Source of the DNA: Lachnospiraceae bacterium
Lineage (GTDB): Bacteria > Bacillota > Clostridia > Lachnospirales > Lachnospiraceae
Direction: 5' to 3'
Length of the DNA: 64,000 nucleotides
Assembly: GCA_045616485.1 (NCBI GenBank)
Contig: JAZLGU010000044.1
Location: 897-64,896 of the forward strand
Under the pieces are notes generated by a model. It worked only from the letters and a program-made list of their open reading frames with translations, made no database searches and had not been told where the DNA came from. The first letter of the stretch is position 1. Every line of letters starts with the position of its first letter. Shown one piece after another: positions 26,083 through 34,897 of this stretch. The position numbers and the translations under genes are program-made.

Positions 26083-26697
26083 ATGGAAGAGAAGCAGATT
26101 GATTTTGAGCGCGTGTATGCCCTGATGGAAGAGATGAGAAATACCTTATCTACCTACAGATATGTGCATTCAGTAGGCGTAGCATTTATGTCAGCCGACT
26201 TAGCTTCAGTATACGGTGTAGATAAGGAAAAAGCTCTTATAGCCGGCATCCTGCATGACTGTGCCAAAGAAGCAGCTAAAGGTCCTGATATCGTCCGTAT
26301 TTGCGATGATTACGGTATAGCCTTATCAGACATCGAGCGCAGGGCCACCAGCCTGGTACATGCCCGTTTAGGCGCTTATTACGTAAAACACAAATACGGC
26401 ATAGACGATCAGGACATCATAAATGCTGTAGATAATCATACGGTAGGACGGCCTGCCATGAGCCGACTGGAACAGATTGTATTTTGTGCAGACTTTCTGG
26501 ATCCTTCCAGAAATTATGCCTGTGAGCCCAGTCTGGACGAGCTGAGACGCTTGATTTTCGCAGATATCGATATGGCTACCTACCTTATCCTGGACAATCA
26601 GATTTCATTTTTCAGAGAAAAGCCCAGGGATATTGATACAAAAACTATAGAGACTTACCAGTTTTACAAGAAGATAATAGAAGACAGAGAAAAGTAG
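26083..26697 (+). CDS. yqeK: HD-domain bis(5'-nucleosyl)-tetraphosphatase YqeK
   Basis: HSVGVA and LHDCAKE HD motifs; position upstream of rsfS. Confidence 0.8.
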   Translation: MEEKQIDFERVYALMEEMRNTLSTYRYVHSVGVAFMSADLASVYGVDKEKALIAGILHDCAKEAAKGPDIVRICDDYGIALSDIERRATSLVHARLGAYYVKHKYGIDDQDIINAVDNHTVGRPAMSRLEQIVFCADFLDPSRNYACEPSLDELRRLIFADIDMATYLILDNQISFFREKPRDIDTKTIETYQFYKKIIEDREK

Positions 26698-26712
26698 AAG
26701 GAGACAAATAAT

Positions 26713-27051
26713 ATGGCAGATCTTGCACTTTTAAAAGAGATTTATGACGCATTAGACGATAAAAAAGCTGAAAAGACAATGATTATCGACATTTCCGAGA
26801 TAAGCGTTATGGCTGATGCATTCGTTATTACCAATGGTTCCAATACCTCACAGGTAGATACACTGGTAGATGCAGTCAGCAAGGTAATGGACAAATACCC
26901 GGATATAAATGTTATGCCTGAAGGCAATGCTGCATCCGGCTGGATCCTCCTTGACTGCGGAGATGTTATTGTTCATATCTTTACCCGCGAAGCCAGAGAA
27001 TTCTACAACCTTGAAAAGATATGGAAAGACGGCAAGCTCGTAGAAATCTAA
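26713..27051 (+). CDS. rsfS: ribosome silencing factor RsfS
   Basis: DALDDKKAE..IDI..S.MADAFVI..G.S..Q; WILLDCGDVIVHIF signature. Confidence 0.9.
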   Translation: MADLALLKEIYDALDDKKAEKTMIIDISEISVMADAFVITNGSNTSQVDTLVDAVSKVMDKYPDINVMPEGNAASGWILLDCGDVIVHIFTREAREFYNLEKIWKDGKLVEI

Positions 27052-27089
27052 AAAGTTGACACAGGGACGTTTCTAATTGACAACTTTTT
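27051..27089 (+). terminator. terminator hairpin 1 after rsfS
   Basis: AAAAGTTGACA ... TTGACAACTTTT imperfect stem flanked by A and T runs. Its loop carries the GGGACGTTTC...TGACAA motif also present at 5530-5549. Confidence 0.55.
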
Positions 27090-27097
27090 ATAAATTT

Positions 27098-27141
27098 AAA
27101 AGGGCATTCCCCACAAAACAGTGGGAGAATTGCCCTTTTTT
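27098..27141 (+). terminator. terminator hairpin 2 after rsfS
   Basis: AAGGGCATTCCCCAC ... GTGGGAGAATTGCCCTT imperfect stem followed by TTTTT. Confidence 0.6.
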
Positions 27142-27196
27142 ATGTATTTGTTATTTTTATATCTTGCGGAAAAACTCCAGTTTTACTAAAAGTTAA

Positions 27197-27225
27197 TTGT
27201 ATATTTTTATTAATAGTGCTATAAT
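27197..27225 (+). promoter_or_regulatory. candidate promoter of the recombinase gene (TTGTAT - 17 nt - TATAAT with TGC extended -10)
   Basis: -35 at 27197-27202 and -10 at 27220-27225. It lies inside the 5' end of the long ORF, which argues for the downstream ATG at 27263. Confidence 0.45.
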
Positions 27226-27262
27226 ACATATATTAAATAATTTATTACGAGGAACAATTTAT

Positions 27263-28318
27263 ATGGCCAAATCATCAGCTTATTACAAGCAAATAATCGA
27301 TGAACAAAAAGAAATCTACAGGGACTTACAGCCGGAATTACCTTCATTTGCTGTACGTTTTTTAAATTCAAAGCATAAAGCTTTGCAGTCTACTAAAAAT
27401 CGTTATGGTATGCAGCTATTAACCTTTTTTAAATATATCTGTTCTACAGATCCAAAATTAAAAGGTAAAATGCCTCATGAGGTTACACTTACAGATATTT
27501 CAGATTATGATGAAGTTTTATTTGATGATTTCATGGATTATCTTATGTACCGTGAGGCTGGCAATCGAAATGGAGCCAATAAAGACTCTGCCTTTTCCTA
27601 CCTCAAAATCGTTCGTAATATGTACAGCAAATTAAGCCAGCTGGGTGAGCTCCCCCGCAATCCTCTGGCTCTTTATGAGCCATATAAAGAAGCTACAAAT
27701 AAGTCCATTATAAGGCTCACCAGCGAAGAAGTCGTTGATATAATGGATGCTGTGGAAAAAGGAGAAAATATCCCTCTGACAAAACGCGGAAAAGCTTTTT
27801 ATGAGAAAAATAAAAGCCGTGACACAGCAGTCATTACTCTCCTATTAAATACCGGAATCCGTGTTTCCGAACTTGTTGGTCTTGACCTAAAAGACGTGGA
27901 TTTTCGTAACAGCTGTATAAGTATTGTTCGTAAAGGCTTCCATGAAGATACAGTGTATTTTAATGATGACGTTGCCAATAGCCTTACAGACTATATTGAA
28001 GGCGAACGAAAGCTGAATAAAGGCGCTGATACAGAGCCTTTATTCCTGTCTATGCAAGGGACTCGTTTTTCTGTGGATTCTGTCGAGCGCATAGTAAAAA
28101 AATATTCTGCCGATATCGCCGGTAAAAAAATCACTCCTCACAAACTGAGATCTACCTTTGGGACCCATCTTTATCACGAAACTCACGATATAAATCTTGT
28201 TAAAGATGCTCTAGGCCACCAGGATCCGTCAACTACAACAAGATATTATGTTGACGATAGGGACGAAAATATGCAGCGGGCTGGTTCTGTTAATCTATTC
28301 AAACGAAAAAATAACTAA
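27263..28318 (+). CDS. tyrosine-type site-specific recombinase/integrase (XerC/D-like)
   Basis: C-terminal catalytic region RVSELVGL, HKLRSTFGTHLY, GHQDPSTTTRYY (R..H-x-x-R..H..Y). The start is chosen at MAKSSAYYKQ, preceded by GAGGA. The ORF track extends it to 27197. Confidence 0.8.
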   Translation: MAKSSAYYKQIIDEQKEIYRDLQPELPSFAVRFLNSKHKALQSTKNRYGMQLLTFFKYICSTDPKLKGKMPHEVTLTDISDYDEVLFDDFMDYLMYREAGNRNGANKDSAFSYLKIVRNMYSKLSQLGELPRNPLALYEPYKEATNKSIIRLTSEEVVDIMDAVEKGENIPLTKRGKAFYEKNKSRDTAVITLLLNTGIRVSELVGLDLKDVDFRNSCISIVRKGFHEDTVYFNDDVANSLTDYIEGERKLNKGADTEPLFLSMQGTRFSVDSVERIVKKYSADIAGKKITPHKLRSTFGTHLYHETHDINLVKDALGHQDPSTTTRYYVDDRDENMQRAGSVNLFKRKNN

Positions 28319-28368
28319 AATAAATAGATAAATTTTTGGGACTTCGATATAATAGCAAAAAAAAGAAA

Positions 28369-28398
28369 CAGCGAAGATGGCAAATGCAATCTTCGCTG
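28369..28398 (-). terminator. Rho-independent terminator for the minus-strand LRR gene
   Basis: 10-bp stem CAGCGAAGAT / ATCTTCGCTG with an A-run on the plus-strand side, which is a T-run on the minus strand. Confidence 0.5.
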
Positions 28399-28483
28399 AA
28401 GTGTCGATTTTGTCGACACACTGAACCGTTTTGAATTACTATTTCGTCCCAAAGCAAAATGTCATTGGGGCGAAAACAGCTGA

Positions 28484-29704
28484 TTATTCTTCATTTTTCT
28501 TCTCCGGAATGCCTGTAACACCTTCATCGAAAGCATTATCATCAACATTCTCGCAAGTCTCAGGTATAACGACACTACTAATATTAGTCATCGTAAATGA
28601 ATTCTGTGCTATATTAAGTAAACCTGCTCCAAAAGTAACATCAGATAAGCTTAGACATTCATTAAAGGTATACTCATTAATATCACTTAATTCATCAGAA
28701 AAAACAATCTCTTTTAAGCCATGACAGCCATTAAAAGCATAGGCTTCTATATTCGTTACAGTGTAAAGATATATCTCATATAAGGCTCTGCAGTTGTTAA
28801 ATGCCTTATATTTAATGGTAGTGATACCATCAGGTAAATAGACTCCTAAAAGACTGCTACAGCTTTCAAAAGTATATTCATTAATCTCTGTCATGTCATC
28901 GCCAAGAGTCACATATTTTAAGCTCGAGCAATTTTTGAATGCTGCACCACCTATCTGCTTAACATGAGATAAATCCAGAAAAGTAAGCGCATCACACTCA
29001 CAAAAAGCATATGAAGCAATCACTTCAATATTAGGTAAGATTTCTATATCTTTTAACAAATTACATCCGGCAAATGAACTATATCCAATAGTATCAAGAC
29101 TTTCTGACAGCTGAACTTTGGTCAGATTACTGCAGCCATAGAAAGTCCAGGAGCCCATATTTACAATAGTATCAGGCATATAAACTTCTTTAATTTCCTT
29201 ACAATTGTAAAATGCTTTGTCGGCAATAGCTGTAACAGGCAATCCATCAATACAAGAAGGAATATATAAGGCTTCAGGGAAAGTAAGCTCAATTTCGACT
29301 TCCTTCTCTTCCCCTGTCTCACTATCAATAATCTTCTCTTTTTCTTTTATAACCGCTCCGGTCTTAACGCCGGTAATAGTCACTTTTTCTCTCTTCTTAA
29401 CATAAGTGAAAAAACCTGCATTAGACCCGGGCCAACATGTAGGCTCAGGGGTCAAATTAGGCTCTATGGTAGGCTCTACGGTAGGCTCTACGGTAGGCTC
29501 CAAAGTAGGCTCTACAGTAGATGCCGGTGTATCAGCAGGCGCCTCTGAAGGAATAGCTGATATAATAGGTGTGGCTGACAGATCAGCTTCCATAGTAGGT
29601 GTATTGTTATTATCCGGTAATGCAGAAGGATCCACCTTTTTCTTACCACAGGCACACACATTAATTGTAAGAAGAAGCAACAATGCAAATAATAAACGCT
29701 TCAT
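28484..29704 (-). CDS. BspA-type leucine-rich-repeat lipoprotein with (EPTx) repeat linker
   Basis: Signal with Cys (LLLLLTINVCACGKK); EPTLEPTVEPTVEPTIEP linker; repeated ...IG..AF..C..L..I.LP... LRR_5-like units. Confidence 0.75.
   Translation of the reverse strand: MKRLLFALLLLLTINVCACGKKKVDPSALPDNNNTPTMEADLSATPIISAIPSEAPADTPASTVEPTLEPTVEPTVEPTIEPNLTPEPTCWPGSNAGFFTYVKKREKVTITGVKTGAVIKEKEKIIDSETGEEKEVEIELTFPEALYIPSCIDGLPVTAIADKAFYNCKEIKEVYMPDTIVNMGSWTFYGCSNLTKVQLSESLDTIGYSSFAGCNLLKDIEILPNIEVIASYAFCECDALTFLDLSHVKQIGGAAFKNCSSLKYVTLGDDMTEINEYTFESCSSLLGVYLPDGITTIKYKAFNNCRALYEIYLYTVTNIEAYAFNGCHGLKEIVFSDELSDINEYTFNECLSLSDVTFGAGLLNIAQNSFTMTNISSVVIPETCENVDDNAFDEGVTGIPEKKNEE
29457..29517 (-). repeat. 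12-nt in-frame tandem repeat (GGTAGGCTCTAC-like, about 5 copies) encoding the EPTV linker
   Basis: Read directly; it lies inside the LRR lipoprotein gene. Confidence 0.7.
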
Positions 29705-29722
29705 ATAACCTCATATATCCTG

Positions 29723-30106
29723 TTAGTCAACTCGAAAGCTTTTCTTCTGAATATCAAGAACTCTTTCAAGCTCAGATACATCAGCTGACTTCATGGGACA
29801 TGTACTCAAATATTCTGTAAAAAAGTTACTGAGAGAACCATTATATACTTTCTCCAATAAAGCTTTTGTTTCTATCTCCTGGACAGCCCTCTTAGTGATA
29901 ACAGCCTGACATATAAATCCTGGCTCCTCACGCCTAACGGCGCCCTTATCAATAAGTCTGTTAATAACTGTATATGTTGTATTTTTTTCCCAGCCAATAT
30001 ACTCTTTTATTATAGCAGCAATATCCTTGGCTGCCAACTGATCGTTGGACCAAAGTAGCTCCATAACATTTAATTCGCCTTCGTGAAGTCTGATTTCTTC
30101 GCTCAT
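29723..30106 (-). CDS. BlaI/MecI/CopY-family transcriptional repressor
   Basis: GELNVMELLW....AKDI..........WEKNTTYTVINRLIDKGAV winged helix. The start is chosen at MSEEIRL. The ORF track extends it to 30133. Confidence 0.8.
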   Translation of the reverse strand: MSEEIRLHEGELNVMELLWSNDQLAAKDIAAIIKEYIGWEKNTTYTVINRLIDKGAVRREEPGFICQAVITKRAVQEIETKALLEKVYNGSLSNFFTEYLSTCPMKSADVSELERVLDIQKKSFRVD

Positions 30107-30161
30107 GAGTAGTAACCCCCAAAAAATAAACATATAATACTCAAAAAAGAGTACAGAAGTT

Positions 30162-30191
30162 ATACTACCACAATAGAAAGGCTGTTGTCAA
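30162..30191 (-). promoter_or_regulatory. candidate promoter for the blaI-like/LRR operon (TTGACA - 18 nt - TAGTAT on the minus strand)
   Basis: The -35 is the complement of 30186-30191 and the -10 is the complement of 30162-30167. Confidence 0.4.
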
Positions 30192-30194
30192 TCA

Positions 30195-31385
30195 TTATAT
30201 TCCAAAGAGCATATAAACAGGTAAAACATATTCATTGTCTACAAAATTAGTATCGGCTATTTTCAAGGCTTCCGGGCACTTTTCTCTACTTCTGTAAGAT
30301 GCAATACTTCTTAAGTCATTTTTGCCATAAAACGACAAGTTTACCGGCCTCATAGCCCCTTCATAATCCATAATAAGATTAAGACTTGCTCTATTGCCTG
30401 ACTCCCAGTAATTATTCAATATCTTCTTTTGCAAAAGGGTCTGAATAATATAATTCTGAGTCCGCAAATAGTATTCATCTTGAGTAAGAGCATCGGTTCT
30501 GTCAGCTGAAAGGAAAGAAAATTCCGGATAAAACAGCTTAAAATTCCTATCAGACCCTATCTCTCTCTGTAAAAGTACTCTTTTCTCCTGCACCAAAGAA
30601 TTCAAGGCTCCTTCAAACATCTTTATGGAAGCCCCTTCTCTGATCTCACTGAATTTAAACTTTTGATTTTTATTCTTCAGCATCCTGTCCATTACTGAAA
30701 AAATCTGGATTTTCCTTATATTCCCCTCGTTAATGTCCTGTATGCCGGAAGCTAAATATTTTACATCCAGCTGGGCTCTTGCAATACTCATCTGGGATTT
30801 CATAGCCAGATATTCATTTACCACCTGGGGCATCCCACCCACATATAGATACTCATCAAAATCTGAAATCATTTCATTATGCAAAATATCCGGCAGTTTC
30901 TTTTTATTTATGAGATGTTCTTTTAATGCCCCTGCGTACCATTCAAATCCCAAAGCATTCAGATATTCATCAAATTGAAGGGGGAAAAGTTCCAATGACT
31001 CAGCACTGCCTGCTGCAATCCCATCATCATAATAATTATATTCACTTACAAAAATCCAATCGCAATGATTTACAGCAGCGAAATTAAAAAGCAGCTTTGA
31101 AAATTCAATATATTTTTCAGTATCATCAAATATCATGGAGGATGCAATAAGTATTTCAGGCGCTAAAGAAAAATATGCCGCTAAAAAGTCTACCGGCTCA
31201 GGACAGGCTGTAAATGCAGGATCCTGCAGCATAGACTCCGATGGTGTAAAATAAATAAAAGCATCCGGGTTGTCCTTAATATACTCATTGCAAAGGTAAG
31301 TCTTGCCTACTCCCTTCATTCCATATAAGAAAAACGGCTTGTGCCTGTCTCTGTTTTTTAATATATCATAGGAATTTCTTTTCAA
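30195..31385 (-). CDS. AAA-type ATPase (AAA_14/DUF4143-like architecture)
   Basis: Walker A FFLYGMKGVGKTYL near the N-terminus, 396 aa. The family assignment comes from general architecture only. Confidence 0.5.
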   Translation of the reverse strand: MKRNSYDILKNRDRHKPFFLYGMKGVGKTYLCNEYIKDNPDAFIYFTPSESMLQDPAFTACPEPVDFLAAYFSLAPEILIASSMIFDDTEKYIEFSKLLFNFAAVNHCDWIFVSEYNYYDDGIAAGSAESLELFPLQFDEYLNALGFEWYAGALKEHLINKKKLPDILHNEMISDFDEYLYVGGMPQVVNEYLAMKSQMSIARAQLDVKYLASGIQDINEGNIRKIQIFSVMDRMLKNKNQKFKFSEIREGASIKMFEGALNSLVQEKRVLLQREIGSDRNFKLFYPEFSFLSADRTDALTQDEYYLRTQNYIIQTLLQKKILNNYWESGNRASLNLIMDYEGAMRPVNLSFYGKNDLRSIASYRSREKCPEALKIADTNFVDNEYVLPVYMLFGI

Positions 31386-31398
31386 AATATGCCTCAGC

Positions 31399-32328
31399 TC
31401 AGCTTTCCGAAGAAAGGTTACTTTTATAAATATTTATCAGATTGTCAAAATATGATGGATTGGGAGCTATACACTCTATATATTCTCCTGTTCTTGGGTG
31501 CATGAAGCCTAAAACTTTAGCATGCAGGCACTGCCCCTGAAGATTTTTTCGGGTAAATCCACCATATATTTCATCCCCTAAAAGAGGATGTCCCAATGAA
31601 GACATATGGACCCTTATCTGATGGGTGCGTCCTGTTTCCAAGCGGCATTCAATAAGATTAACCTTTTTATCTAAATGATCCAGCACTGTGAAATTGGTAA
31701 TGGCGGGCTTTCCTTGAGGAGTTATTGCCATTTTTTTACGGTCCTTAGGGTCTCTGCCTATATTTCCCTCTACCCTGCCAAAATCCTCCTTAAAATTGCC
31801 ACAGGAAAGAGCCAGGTAACGCCTGTTTATACTATGGACCTTAAGCTGTTCTGCTATAGCATTATGAGCAAAATCATTTTTGCAGGCTATAATAGCACCG
31901 GTGGTATCTTTATCTATGCGATGCACTATCCCCGGCCTCATAATACCATTTATACCGGAAAGAGAATCTTTACAATGGTACATAAGAGCATTAACTAAAG
32001 TACCTGAATAATGGCCTGCAGCAGGATGTACTACCATATCCTTTGGCTTATTGACGACTATCACATCCATATCCTCATAAAGAATATCCAGTGGGATATT
32101 TTCAGGCAATATTTCAGGCACCATAGGCTCCGGAAAGATAATCTCCACTATGTCCCCGTCTTTACCCTTGAAGCTGCCCTTTACGGCCTTATTGTTAACG
32201 CAAACAAGACCGCTATCAATTAATTTTTTAATAGCGGTCCTGGACATGTCTTCCACCAGTTCCGATAAAAGCTTATCTATTCTGGTGTCTTCATTTTCTT
32301 CATTAATTGTTATTACTGCTTTCTCCAC
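31399..32328 (-). CDS. rluD: RluA-family 23S rRNA pseudouridine synthase (RluD-like)
   Basis: N-terminal S4 domain, HRIDKDTTG catalytic motif, GRTHQIRVH. Confidence 0.9.
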   Translation of the reverse strand: MEKAVITINEENEDTRIDKLLSELVEDMSRTAIKKLIDSGLVCVNNKAVKGSFKGKDGDIVEIIFPEPMVPEILPENIPLDILYEDMDVIVVNKPKDMVVHPAAGHYSGTLVNALMYHCKDSLSGINGIMRPGIVHRIDKDTTGAIIACKNDFAHNAIAEQLKVHSINRRYLALSCGNFKEDFGRVEGNIGRDPKDRKKMAITPQGKPAITNFTVLDHLDKKVNLIECRLETGRTHQIRVHMSSLGHPLLGDEIYGGFTRKNLQGQCLHAKVLGFMHPRTGEYIECIAPNPSYFDNLINIYKSNLSSES

Positions 32329-32863
32329 TTTCAGAAGGCTCCTCTGTCTGCTTCTTTTTAAAGCCTATAAATGCAAAATCATTATCTCTGTACTTGGTAA
32401 GCATAAGAATAATGGTAATAATGGCAGTACATGTGATATAAATATCAGCCACATTGAATATGGCAAAATTGATAAGCTCAAAATAAAAGAAATCAGTAAC
32501 ATGACCAAAAGCAATACGATCAATAGAATTGCCAATAGCTCCTGCCATCATAAAAATATCAATCCATAAAAGAGGCAGGTACTGCCTTTCTTTGGGCATC
32601 TTTATATATACCCACAAAAGTAATGCGAAAAGTACCAATGAGACTATCAAAAGGAAGCTAATCCTCCCAGATAACATCCCCCAGACACTGCCATCATTCT
32701 CAATATGCTCCAGGCAAAAAACACCGGGAATAAGATTGAATCTGTTATTATCAGCAGGTAGATAAATACGCACCAGTACTTTAGTCACCTGATCTAACGC
32801 TATTAAAAATACAAACAATACCCACTGTAAAATCATATTTACAGGCTTAACTTTTTTATTCAC
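32303..32863 (-). CDS. lspA: lipoprotein signal peptidase II
   Basis: DQVTK, N.G..WG, NSIDR and FNVAD motifs. Its acidic C-terminal tail overlaps the rluD start. Confidence 0.9.
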   Translation of the reverse strand: MNKKVKPVNMILQWVLFVFLIALDQVTKVLVRIYLPADNNRFNLIPGVFCLEHIENDGSVWGMLSGRISFLLIVSLVLFALLLWVYIKMPKERQYLPLLWIDIFMMAGAIGNSIDRIAFGHVTDFFYFELINFAIFNVADIYITCTAIITIILMLTKYRDNDFAFIGFKKKQTEEPSESGESSNNN

Positions 32864-32869
32864 TATAAT

Positions 32870-33436
32870 TTATTCCTTATCTATATCACTTATTTCAAAA
32901 TCCGGATCCGTCTCATCCTGAGCACTCTCCTCCTCATAATTTTTCTTAACTTCAAAAGAAAAATTGGAGATGGATGAACCAGATCCAACCAGATTAAAAA
33001 CATCTGAATTTAATAGTTCAATCTGGGAAGCTGCAAGATTTCTGCAATTTATTTTATAAGCCTCAAAAGTCTGTGTCATATTAATAATCTGCTTATTAAT
33101 ACTATCCAGCTCTCTCTTCGCATCAGATAAAATAATCTGAGCACGATTAGCCGCTTCATTTTCAATATTTCTGGCATTATCAATAGCCGCTTTTTTTGTA
33201 TCTTCTGCAGTCTTTTCTGCTAAAATCAAGGCCTTCTGCAGGGTCTTTTCTATATTTTTATAATAATCCAGCTCTTCAGTAAGATCATTAACCTGACTTT
33301 CCAGATCTGTCTTATCTCTATAAAGCTCCTCATAGCTTTCTATAATCTCCTGGATAAAGCCATCTACATCTTTTTTGTCGTAGCCAAGACCACCGGATTT
33401 AAATACTTTATTTTGAATCTCAACAGGTGTAAGCAT
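32870..33436 (-). CDS. divIVA: cell-division protein DivIVA
   Basis: MLTPVEIQNKVFKSGGLGYDKKDVDGFI signature followed by coiled coil. Confidence 0.9.
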   Translation of the reverse strand: MLTPVEIQNKVFKSGGLGYDKKDVDGFIQEIIESYEELYRDKTDLESQVNDLTEELDYYKNIEKTLQKALILAEKTAEDTKKAAIDNARNIENEAANRAQIILSDAKRELDSINKQIINMTQTFEAYKINCRNLAASQIELLNSDVFNLVGSGSSISNFSFEVKKNYEEESAQDETDPDFEISDIDKE

Positions 33437-33449
33437 ATACCCTCCCCAA

Positions 33450-34202
33450 TTATAAATATTTGATTATTGTAACAATAGTACGCCCCTTACGAGTAGTATT
33501 ATCAATAGACTTTAAAGAAAACCGTCCAAATCCCCTGACAGATACAATATCTCCCGGGCTCAGCTCTTTAGAATCCTTCTGAACCTCCCGTCCGTTAATA
33601 AAAACCTTTCTCTGAGTAATCAGCTCCTGAGATACGCCCCTGGCTACATTTATAGCAGCGGAAACCATAGCATCAATACGAAGTGAGGAAACACTGGGAT
33701 GAATCTCTTCGTTCAAAGGCTTATAATCAATGTCAAAATCCGAATCAATAACACTTACTCTGGTCTTTTTCACCTGGCAAAGATTGTCCTTAATGAAGCC
33801 GGCAATGGAATCCAAGCAAATAATATATGCTGTAGAATCATTTACATATATATCGCCCAAGGTCTCCCTCTTTATACCCAGCCCCATAAGGCTTCCCAAA
33901 AAATCTCTGTGACTAAGACTCTCAGTAAATTTTCCTGATAAAGGAATTATCTTAAGACAGCTGATGGGGTACAAGGGATACATATACCCGTCACTTCCAT
34001 CAAATACACAGATTTTTCTCTCTGAAAAATCAAAGCCTCCATATAAAACAGGATAATTAACTCCTGTTTCTTTAGGATGATTATATAAGAGGGTCTGCTC
34101 AGATAGGCCTAGGAATTCAGAATAGGTAATAATACCTTTATTAAAAGCTCTCTGCTGTAAATCCTTTATATGATTTAGAAAAATCTGATCATCTTTGTCC
34201 AT
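33450..34202 (-). CDS. ylmH: YlmH-type S4-domain RNA-binding protein
   Basis: C-terminal S4 domain (LRIDAMVSAA...SQELITQRKVFINGREV); synteny sepF-ylmH-divIVA. Confidence 0.8.
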   Translation of the reverse strand: MDKDDQIFLNHIKDLQQRAFNKGIITYSEFLGLSEQTLLYNHPKETGVNYPVLYGGFDFSERKICVFDGSDGYMYPLYPISCLKIIPLSGKFTESLSHRDFLGSLMGLGIKRETLGDIYVNDSTAYIICLDSIAGFIKDNLCQVKKTRVSVIDSDFDIDYKPLNEEIHPSVSSLRIDAMVSAAINVARGVSQELITQRKVFINGREVQKDSKELSPGDIVSVRGFGRFSLKSIDNTTRKGRTIVTIIKYL

Positions 34203-34875
34203 TGAAATCCATGCTGTTATTCCAGCTGCCTAAAGTAGACGCTGTTAATGAATTAATATATTCACCGGATATCTCTGCATCCTCAGGAGCAATAACAAAA
34301 TTGTTGCCTGAGAGCTGAATAATCTGAGCATCCAGAGCATAAACTGCTCCAAAGGAGAAATCCATAATGCGGTTGGCTATGGCAGGATTGGTACTGTCAA
34401 AAGTCAGGAAAATAACACGTCCGCTTTTAAGCACATCAATAATCTCCTGACACTCCTCGAATCTTTTCGGTCTCAGTATGCAGACATCCGCTACAGACAC
34501 CTGTGATCTCATAGGAGGAGCCTGACGGAGCTGCTGAGTACGCACTGCCGGCTGAGCAGAACGCTGAGGCTGAACAGGGCGCTGATTATAGTCTCTCTGA
34601 GGAGCCTCCTGGGCTCTCTCACGATACTGCTGCACTCTGCTGGCTCTCTTCTGCGCTACAGGATTCTCCTCTTCTTCATAGTCATCATCCTCGTCATCAT
34701 ATCTGGAAGAATCATAACGTCTCATGGATGGAGATTCCTTTTTGGAAAAAGCTGACTTTTTCTCTTCCTTCTGCTTCTGTTTTCTTTCCTTTAATTCAAT
34801 CTCGTCTTCTTCGAATTCATCGTCATCATCAGTCACCTTCAATGAATCCAAAATCATTTTGCTAAACTTCTTCAT
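34189..34875 (-). CDS. sepF: cell-division protein SepF
   Basis: A long acidic/Gln-rich linker, then the SepF core (ILRPKRFEECQEIIDVLKSGRVIFL...AQIIQLSGNNFVIAP). The start is chosen at MKKFSKM, preceded by GAGGTG. Confidence 0.85.
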   Translation of the reverse strand: MKKFSKMILDSLKVTDDDDEFEEDEIELKERKQKQKEEKKSAFSKKESPSMRRYDSSRYDDEDDDYEEEENPVAQKRASRVQQYRERAQEAPQRDYNQRPVQPQRSAQPAVRTQQLRQAPPMRSQVSVADVCILRPKRFEECQEIIDVLKSGRVIFLTFDSTNPAIANRIMDFSFGAVYALDAQIIQLSGNNFVIAPEDAEISGEYINSLTASTLGSWNNSMDFNGQR

Positions 34876-34897
34876 AAAACACCTCGCCCAAAAACAG

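Noticed and set aside
27197-27262. Upstream extension of the recombinase ORF (track start 27197)
   Set aside because: This segment contains a good TTGTAT-17-TATAAT promoter. The downstream ATG at 27263 has a GAGGA RBS, while the upstream start has none.
28399-28475. Two additional small hairpins in the convergent intergenic region (GTGTCGA/TCGACAC; TTTCGTCCCA/TGGGGCGAAA)
   Set aside because: They have short stems and no clear U-tracts, and I could not assign them to a strand or function. Only the 10-bp stem at 28369-28398 is reported.
29439-29520. Short regularly spaced repeats that could suggest a CRISPR-like array
   Set aside because: The 12-nt units are contiguous with no spacers, are in frame and encode the EPTV stalk of the LRR lipoprotein. 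No CRISPR array was recognised anywhere in the window by eye.
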